64,000 bases of DNA from Eledone cirrhosa (lineage: Eukaryota), in the NCBI GenBank assembly GCA_964016885.1, contig OZ024742.1, positions 27,156,001 to 27,220,000 on the forward strand. The letters are read 5' to 3'. The position numbers and the translations under genes are program-made. The notes below the pieces were generated by a model. That model was not told where the DNA came from. It saw only the letters and a list, made by a program, of their open reading frames with translations, and did no database searches. Positions 54,414-64,000 of the stretch are shown piece after piece (positions within the stretch are counted from its first letter, which is position 1; each line of letters begins with the position of its first letter).

Positions 54414-55445
54414 TTGAAGTATGGTTAAATCTGGTTGAAGGACATTTATAAGTGATCCATAAGGTATAATTGCGGTTAAAATATACAGGCATGTATTATA
54501 ACATTGCTAAGAGTTATTTCATAATATCTTGTGTAGAATTTTATATTTACGTAATTAGTTGTTACACTTGTTTTCTTTTTTCTCTGTGTGATTAAATATA
54601 TCAGAAAAATAGAACGCTTAGAAAGTTTGATGGAGTGAGAGAGTAAATGGGTAGAATTAACTTATGTTTGAGCTAACCAACTCTATACATTAAACCTACC
54701 CATTCTCTGTCCGTTATAATAGTTAGTTTCTAACTAACGAGAAATTAAGTGTGGGACCCCTGAAAATGAAAAACTCAGTCGTTCTCATGTAGTTTTCTAA
54801 ATTCATGTGAACCATGTGGCCGCCATTACAGAGGTTATCTGAGATTGCTACAAGACACATTTGATAAGAGTGTGATGGATGCTTTCATGAGTGGTGTCTA
54901 TCTTTGATCTTCCATAGATGATAGCTTCTAGCTTTCTATCGACACACAGACAAGATTTTTCAATGTAGCATACGTTGATAAATTACTGTTTATTAAGGTG
55001 GAATAACAATGGTGGATGTTTCTAGAAAACATCGAATGTCGACAGTTAATGAATTTCCTGTGTTGTAGGAACTGCTCAAGTGGAAGACTTATACCTGGCT
55101 TATTTGTTGCGCTGGATAATTACAGACTTATGCTAACATTCAAACAAACACATATACATGCACTCACATATACATACACACACACATACGCACACACAAA
55201 CACATATATATATATACATATACATACACTGAAGACACACAGACAGATGTTCATGTTCATGGTCCACAGAACACAGAGTCATTACAAAAATTTAAATCAC
55301 ACACACACATATGTATATGTATATATATATATACATATATATATATACACCAGAATATGGAGGCGTGTAAGCACATGCACATATATATACATATATATAT
55401 GTGTGTGTGTATATATATATATATATGTGTATATAGATATGCATG

Positions 55446-55491
<46 letters not shown>

Positions 55492-55557
55492 CGCATATGT
55501 AAATATATATATATATATATATATATGCATATGTATATATATATATGTGTTTTTGTG

Positions 55558-55646
<89 letters not shown>

Positions 55647-55752
55647 TATATATGTATGTGTGTAAGCATATGCCTATACGTATATAGGTATGAGCCTAAG
55701 CATATGTGCCTGTAGGTATATATATACACACACACACACACACACATATGTA

Positions 55753-55837
<85 letters not shown>

Positions 55838-57745
55838 GCATATATGCTTACACACATACATATACATATATGCATTTATGCATACACGAATGCACACATT
55901 CATACATACATACATACAATCCTAGGTATCAATGTGAGTGTATTTACATTCATGGATGCTAAAGAATGTTCTACATTTATCAATCTAAATCGATTGTTAC
56001 TGAGTATTGTATCTCTCGGTTTACATCATGACGTCATTCTATACGAGGTTCAAATCTTGTTAAGATATATACATAAGTTCTCCATTTTTTTGGTGGATTG
56101 GCAGTATCGGTAGAGGGTCGGATGCCATGCTTTGCAGCATAGAGATACGGCCCTTTATGATCTGAGTTCAAATCCCGCCGAGGTAAACTTTGCCTTTCAT
56201 CCTTACAAGGTCGATAAAATAAAGTACCAGTCACGCACTGGGGTCGATTTAATCGACTTTCCCCTTCCCCGAAATTGCTGGCAGTGAGTCTATAAAAGAA
56301 ACCATTTTTTGCTGAGAATTGTTCTTGTCCTTGGTGTTCGTTTTTTTAGGTGTTGATGTTTCTGTGTTGTTGTTTAATATAATGTCAGCCTTTATCATAT
56401 AAACCTATTATCGAAGTGACCCAGCTTATGGCCCTCAGTCTTTTTAAAACAATGTATTTAGAATTGTGAGAGCTGTTGGCGATTAGGAATTAATTTATTT
56501 TTAGAGGGTAGGGTGGGGTGTATGGTCGTAACGCGGTATGCTCAAATCTAGGATAGGGTGGTGTAATATGTTTTTGAACGAATCACTTAATTTCATTTAA
56601 CTTGAGTCCAGTCAGCTTAAAATGACTACCAGAAATAGTTAGTGGGTAACTCTGCAATGGGCTGCAGCCCGATCAAACGGAGATTGTTGTGCAACAGGGT
56701 GATGCACTCAGTCGGTTAAACGTCAATTAAACCGAGAAAAACGTCGCCCAGATGAGCCACCGATCTGGGAACCGTCATTAACTTGTTAATCCCGAATGAA
56801 ATTACTGGAAGGATGTGATTTGAGGCTATGATGGATTCAATCTTGTGACGTAGGTCAGTGAGAAAGATTTCCTATCTTGGCTCAGAAAAAGAACAATTCA
56901 ATTGCGCTGATTATATCGACGCCGAAATGATGAATATCAAACAAGAATTTGCTTAAGTTCGAACTCAAAATACAAAGTCATGCACTGAAGCATTGTTCTT
57001 TTTATTGTTTAACCTCAGGTCATCTATGATCGAATGCAGCTGTGATAAAGTACATTTCAGTCGTGATAATTCTGTCTTTTACAGCACTGTGTGCTCTGAA
57101 TTACATTATTTACTATGTACGTTGTACGATATTTAGTTGTGATTTGAGACCGATTCTGTCGTTTCATAGCGACTACATAAAGCTTTCATTTTCAAGATAG
57201 ATCCGGGGATCGATATCGCAGCAAAAATATGGAAATATATGAATTCCTTTCTTTCAGACAACCAAATATTAACTATGTTCAGTAAATGATAATTTCGGCA
57301 CAATTGGCCCCGACAGGGTATTATTACACACCTAGAAATACAAACAAATACAGGCATATATATATATGCATGCTATACATCGGCTATATAGAATTATATA
57401 AGGACAAAGGGAATAATTAGTCTTTGCTTGAGGATTCTCGAATATGTAATATTTTTACATGAGAAATCGGAAATATGTAGATACAGGAGATATGTGAAGA
57501 TTGAAAATGCAACATTGCACTTTCTTAGAGACTGTATATACTGCATATACTGTATATACTGCAGAACAGCTTCCAGGGAATTTAGCTATATATATACACA
57601 TATAAATATAATGCGTATGTATATAAAAATATGTATATACACATATATATATATGTGAATGTGTGTGTGTGTGTGCGTATAAATATATATATGCATATAT
57701 ATATATGTATGAATGTATGTATATATGTATATGTATGTATCTATG

Positions 57746-57779
<34 letters not shown>

Positions 57780-57780
57780 C

Positions 57781-57812
<32 letters not shown>

Positions 57813-57843
57813 GTATATATATATATGTATGTATGTATATTAT

Positions 57844-58115
57844 GTCAGGTCACCAGTTTGTGCTCCTGGTAACATGTATCCCAGTACAACGTGTCCCATG
57901 GTCGGGTCGTTGGCGACTAAACTACAAACCCACCAAGGTTTCTTGGTGAGGAGGGTGACTTTGGACATCCTGCAGGACTAAAAATAAAACCTGTCTAAGG
58001 GCAAAGGAGCTCTTAAGAGTCAATGGCCATCCAAAATCACCGGGAGAGATGACCCCTTAGCCTTTGTCAAGGCAGAATTCTAGGAGAAGGAAAACTCTGA
58101 TATAACACCGGCAAC
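57844..58115 (+). mobile_element. RTE-like 5' UTR fragment
   Basis: ctaggagaaggaaaactctga motif, which I recognise from RTE 5' regions, preceded by a structured GC-richer segment. Confidence 0.4.
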
Positions 58116-58488
58116 GCTGGTGGTATCCAATGATGTTGACTTGTTCTTCTTTTGGTAAATATCATCTTGTTTAAGAGAGTGGGACTGGCTTTGTGCAGTG
58201 CCTTTGCTTACTATAAAAGCTTCACGGCACAGGCATTGCTTTATATCTGGAGATCTCTCTGCACTTGTCATCACATGGTACCATGGGCCCAACACTATGT
58301 GTCAATAATTGTCACAAGTGTAGTGTTTGTACAAGAGTTTTCAAGTCGCGGGCTGGACTAAAAAGTCACACTTGTTCAGCGCATCGGTAGGGGTTCTCCT
58401 ACATGGATATAAAGTAGTGGCCGTATTCGAAAACGAGTTGGCAGCCACCATGTATGTATATATATGTATAAATATATATATATAAATA

Positions 58489-58610
<122 letters not shown>

Positions 58611-59014
58611 GGAGGTGAGTTTTATTGTAGTACAATAAAGCAATGCAGATATCAGATAAGAAGCACTCTACAGTTTGTAGGACTGGAGTATAAATAATAT
58701 ATAAGATCAAAAGATGGTTAAAAGAGTTCCATGTATTTTATTATGCGCTTTTCAAAAACAAATATCATCATGCAATAACATTTGTGTTTTCATCAGATAA
58801 AATAGGAAGACATGATATGAAGGTAAAAAAACACTTGTAGATAGTGCAGTTTTAAATCAACATATGAAAAGTAGCTTTAGATTAATGTGTAATATTGGGG
58901 AGAAAAAAATGTTTGAGGGGGGGGGGGGAGGTTGGAAAGGATGAAATATATAGAATGATAACTGTGTTCCAAACACTACCTTAATCATGAAAAAGTTAGT
59001 TATATTCCTAAATC

Positions 59015-59565
59015 CTCCCCACACGAAACAAAGAATCAGGAAAGTTAAAGCACTCCAAAGATCGATTACAAAAAAGATAGATGGCATGACAGACCTTGAC
59101 TATTGCAGTCGATTATAAAAGCTCACCTTTGTTCTCTCTAATGTCACTGTGAGCGCTACATTATCTGCATGATGTGGAAAATATTCCATCAGCGTTGCCC
59201 AAATGATGTTGGTATCACCTTTAATGTACACCCAAGACTTGGTCCCCGTGCTATCCGCCAACGTGCAAAATCTCACTCGCATCTCATAACAACAATACGG
59301 CACAATTATTTCACCTCAATTGGCCATCTCTCTTTAACATTACACTAAAACACATGAAAACAGACCCCATCAAGTTCAAGAAATCTTTGGACAAATTCCT
59401 TCAACAAATCCCGGATAAGCCTCCTACGCTCGGATATGCCTCCGTAAACAATAACTCTTTCCTCGAGTGGGTCATGGTGCCCAAACCCTGATTTGTAAGC
59501 CTTCGCCACGTGGTGCTATTAAGCTAGGCATTGCCTGGTGCAATACTGGTCGAAACCTATCAAAG
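59015..59565 (+). mobile_element. CR1/L2-group LINE 3' remnant
   Basis: ALQRSITKKIDGMTDLDY...ERYIICMMWKIF...HPRLG...FKKSLDKFLQQIPDKP...GYASVNNNS, with stops and frameshifts. Confidence 0.8.
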
Positions 59566-59681
<116 letters not shown>

Positions 59682-59826
59682 GTATATATATATATATATA
59701 ATGGATTAAATATATATATATATATATAATAGGATTAAATTATCCTATTCGACCACACCTAACCTCGCATCACACCTAGCACGCACGAACATTAGGAAAA
59801 CTAGGGAAGGATTCGAAGCAATTAAA

Positions 59827-60399
59827 ATGGCAGTTAACCACCAGCAACCGACTACACTGGAAAATGGGCAACATAATAGCATCAATGAGCCATCTAATGA
59901 TATAGGGGCACCTAGTGATAATGCTAGTAACCAAAGTTCGGGAGGTACGCTAACTAATCGAACCCGCAGTTGCAATTGTAGGCGGAGTAGCAATTGTGCC
60001 CTAAGGGGGGATTGCCTCATGAAAAACATCGTATATGCATGTGACGTAACCACACACAACTCTACCAAAACATATATAGGAGCAACGTCCAACACATTTA
60101 AAACTAGATTTAACGCGCATATGTACACACTTAGACACGATAGACATAAGAATGCCACCTCACTGGCGGTATACATCTCCTTTTTAAAAAATAATAGTAC
60201 CCCATACAAACTTTTTTGGAAGAAGCTTACTAGATCCACGCCATACCGACCGCAGAGCGGGAGTTGTGACCTGTGTTTACTGGAATGCCATGCCATAATA
60301 CACTCTAAACTGAACCTGCTTAACAGGAAATCGGAAATGTTCTCCTCTTGCCAACACAAAATCGTGAGTTCCTTCTTCTATTTTACACCTAGCACATAG
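59827..60399 (+). pseudogene. GIY-YIG endonuclease domain of a 5'-truncated Penelope-like element
   Basis: CNC....C.L.G.C, IVY...YIGAT..TFK.R...H, CDLC..E, LLNRKSE..S.CQH; no RT upstream; begins just after a (TA)n tract. Confidence 0.85.
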
Positions 60400-60530
60400 A
60401 CGTAACATATATTACGCAACCCCCACCTAGACATAACCCTCCTTGAATATAGCTTCCCCCCTCCCCCCAACCCGTAACCCAGATAGATAGGTAGCCTAAG
60501 AGTGGAACAGTCCCCTACAAGGTTGGTGTT

Positions 60531-60607
<77 letters not shown>

Positions 60608-60618
60608 TCTCCTTTTCA

Positions 60619-60661
<43 letters not shown>

Positions 60662-62550
60662 GTATATGTGTGTGCACGCATGCATGCATATGTGCGTGCA
60701 TTGTATACATGTATACATGTATATTGTATATATATATATATATGTGTATATTGTATGCATCTGTACTATATTGTGTGTATGTGTATATGTGATATGTATG
60801 TGTATATATGTATGTGTATGTGTGTGTATGTGTATGTGTGTGTGTATGATGTGTGTATATATGTGTATATGTATGTATATTTTTTCTGTAGAAGTCTTCT
60901 CTATATGTGGTGTTTGGCATGAATTCCTCCTATAATACCCTTCTTTGAGAGGAGCACCATATGTAGAGTAACACATATGTATTGTCGAAGTTGAAACTGA
61001 GAACCACCAACCCTTCTGCTGACCCAAATGTTTACTGAGGACCAGAACACCATTCTCCGCAATATAAGAGAGGAATGCGCTTGCCGGACCATTGATGACC
61101 ATGACATCACACTCCAAGGTAATGGCAAAACACAGTGATGCTAAACACAACCAGAACACCACAACATGCACATCGGAGCAACAGAGATATAATATCAATA
61201 AGCGAATCAATTGAATTTTTTGAGTTGAAATACATATAAATATGTGTCTGTGTGTATCGGACACACGTACACATAAAGAAACTGCTGACCTAAATGTACC
61301 TGTCATGCCTGTTTGAATTCCTAAGAGAATTTTCGGTCAGTTACTATCTTGACCGATTACCATCACAATTACTACGTAGCGGTTCTTGCACGTGACTGCT
61401 GGACCCGGATGAAACGAAGACGAAGAATTTCCTTGCGTACCGTTTTGTACCACAGATGCGATCTCACTCTGCCTCGTTAATGTTCAATCGACACCAAAGT
61501 TCTACGTTCGGGGCAATAGAATTGAATCCAACCACCGACAACATAGTTGGATGACCGATAATCACACCAAACCGGAGTACTGTGATCCTTGTGATTTCGA
61601 GATATACAACCACTGACACTGTTACGAAGACCAGAAAACCATACTCAATAATATTGAACCAAGTGATTGATTTGTGCGACCAAAATAACACCACACACAT
61701 ATTGAACTAGGAATATTGGATCTTCCGTCAATGTCTGGGTGAGCAAAAATAGATTTCTATCTGCATTGGAATTTACGAACTTGTACATCTGCTGTGTGTC
61801 AAAAACAAACGCACATGACCGCACAGATAAACAATGGACTATGCCACGTGGCTTGAACCTGTAAGTGAATTGAAGGTTCTGTAACTCTGATATACAGATT
61901 ATTTATTATTAAGATGTATAAACTTGACAAAACAATTATCATCTTATATTCTCTCAACTAATCACATTTGATCATATTTCTCTATCCCGTTTTCTCCCCC
62001 CATAATTATAATATTTTTATTTGAAAAAATCGGGTTTTTTTAAATTGTGTTTTCCCCTCCAAATATTCGCTTATATTTCTTTATATATTCTCTATATATT
62101 TTTTTTATATATATATTTTTTATCTTTATTCTTATTTTCGCTTTTATCCTCCTTTATATTTTACCTTATTCTTACTTTTATACCTTATTATAGTGTAATC
62201 TTCCCCATGCCTTATTATACATTATTAATTATAGATTATTATTATTACTCTTTTTCCATTTCTAATTACCTCATGTACTTTCTCCTCCGTTATATATATA
62301 GTGTATGCCCTTTGTGTGTGTGTAGCCTCTGCACACCCACTGCACCCTACTATCGACGCCACCCCATCTATGGTTCAGCTAACCACTCGACTCCCGGGAA
62401 TGAATATGACCGCAGCTAGTAAACAAGGACCCACACACCACCCTGCCGCACCAAAATTAGACTTATCGCCCCCTACTTTTGCTCTTTACTCTCTTTGTTC
62501 TTGAATCTTTGGTTGGTAGAGTCCATGACACCAATCAAACCCCTTTTATA

Positions 62551-62595
62551 GCTCTGACGAATCCTACGGCTACGTAAGGAAGGAACATTGTAAGC
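62551..62595 (+). ncRNA. Degenerate hammerhead ribozyme
   Basis: gct-CTGACGA-a tcct acg gcta cgt a agga a-GGAA-cattg-TA-agc, then AATAAA and a TA tract; GAAA box altered. Confidence 0.55.
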
Positions 62596-62637
62596 CAATA
62601 AAAATCTTTTGATGTTGTAGACGCTCTTGTGTTCTTA

Positions 62638-62686
<49 letters not shown>

Positions 62687-62692
<6 letters not shown>

Positions 62693-63766
62693 AAGTTAAA
62701 TAAAAGTCAAATGATTAAAATTTAGCTTCGTTTATTACTGCTATATATATTTCAGTGACAGCCATCTTTGTATCATACCGATCTATCCAACATATTCTGA
62801 CCTTGAGATTGGTTATAGCACACACACACACACACTTTATCCTACATTATTTCTCACTTCTCCATATACATTATCATTACTTTTTCACCAATCTCTCATT
62901 TACTCTTTATTCTTTATTCTCTATTTATTTATTTATTTATTTTCAAATTACACAAATTATATTAATTATTTTATTTTATTATATTATTTATTTATCTTCT
63001 GTTTTCTTCATTTATTGCCTTATATTTCTTCATATACATGAAATAACCCCCCCCCCCGCCACCACCACTACGATGGTGGCGGGTGGGATGAAGAGAAAAC
63101 ACAAACTGAATACTTCTAAATTGTTAGCAGCAGCAAGGTATAAGCTGACCACTACAACAACAACAGTACCAAAATAATGGTGGGGGTCAAATGTACTGAA
63201 CAATAGCAGGCATAAACACTACAGGGAGCCTCACCCCAGAAAGAATTCTATAGACTTCTGACTGAGGAATGCTCTCAGAACTGAACAATGGGAAGTTTGA
63301 CACATTTTTTGATATTTTGTTCCTTCAACACCTTGTCCCTTCTACCATTTTATCAATTTTTAAGCTAACTCCAACAATGACAACACTAATAACTGACCAA
63401 TGAGAGGAGAAGGGGACCTGTGACACGAAAATTCGTTTGTTTGAATTCATATGACTCCAGTTCCCCAGTGAATTAACAACCCAGCAAGGAACTGGGCATA
63501 TCAGAGTATTGACAATATCATACACCTAAACAACATATGTACTTGTCTATACCATACTAATTCAAACTGCCTGAAGAGGTCACAGCCAAAGATGGCTGTC
63601 ACTGAAATATATATAGCAGTAATAAACGAAGCTAAATTTTAATCATTTGACTTTTATTTAACTTTATTTTACACTACTCCGGAGTAACCAAACCAACCTG
63701 CGCACTTCGTCGAGTGCTCCAGCCTGCATACTGAGGTGTTGGTATACAACCAACATAAACTCAAAA

Positions 63767-63768
<2 letters not shown>
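62687..63768 (+). mobile_element. Penelope-type pLTR element with inverted 5' segment in (TA)n
   Basis: 62687-62770 is the reverse complement of 63587-63670; ~100-bp 3' extension; TA tracts on both sides. Confidence 0.8.
63566..63620 (+). ncRNA. Type I minimal hammerhead ribozyme, same family as 1932-1987
   Basis: actgc-CTGAAGA-gg tc acagcca aaga tggctgt ca ct-GAAA-tatata-TA-gcagt. Confidence 0.88.
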
Positions 63769-63794
<26 letters not shown>

Positions 63795-63801
<7 letters not shown>

Positions 63802-63956
63802 ATGCTTTGGGAGGTTGATGTTGCCAATAAGAAACACACGCAAAAGTTGCTTTCACTCCAATTTATCATAAATTTAATTTATAAAAAATTGGAGTGAAAG
63901 CAACTAGTGCGTGTGTTTCTTATTGGCAACATCAACCTCCCAAAGCATAACAATAT
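63795..63956. repeat. Inverted repeat next to (TA)n, running toward the window end
   Basis: Arms ~63795-63866 and ~63887-63956 are near-perfect reverse complements. Confidence 0.85.
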
Positions 63957-64000
63957 CGGTTTCAACACACGTTTTCAGATAAAGAATCTTGCTAAAGAAA

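Noticed and set aside
59745-60359. 204-aa minus-strand ORF; likewise 20015-20638 (+)
   Set aside because: Antisense shadows of the GIY-YIG and mariner coding sequences.

Overview
AT-rich, microsatellite-dense eukaryotic DNA with no intact host gene. It is most likely an octopus or other cephalopod intergenic or intronic region, inferred from the tRNA-derived Meta-type and CORE-type SINEs and the very long (TA)n, (ATT)n and (CA)n tracts. Almost all ORFs in the track are microsatellite artefacts. Real coding remnants are: an internally deleted mariner transposase, several R4/Dong-type (RLE) retrotransposons and one L1/Tx1 end stacked in (ATT)n tracts, RTE and CR1/L2 LINE fragments, a Penelope-like GIY-YIG domain, and an orphan glutathione peroxidase (GPx7-like) exon fused to a SINE tail. 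The most striking unannotated signal is a set of small non-coding elements inserted in (TA)n tracts. They carry type I hammerhead ribozymes from several unrelated sequence families, including U3-A8 and C4 core variants. Most are foldback insertions with the 3' ends of both arms facing the TA flanks. One shows a 467-bp circularly permuted monomer, suggesting a retrozyme-like circular RNA. Also notable are palindromic CTAG/TC junctions linking Helitron-like elements and a five-copy tandem SINE array. All folds and alignments were done by eye, and element boundaries are approximate.
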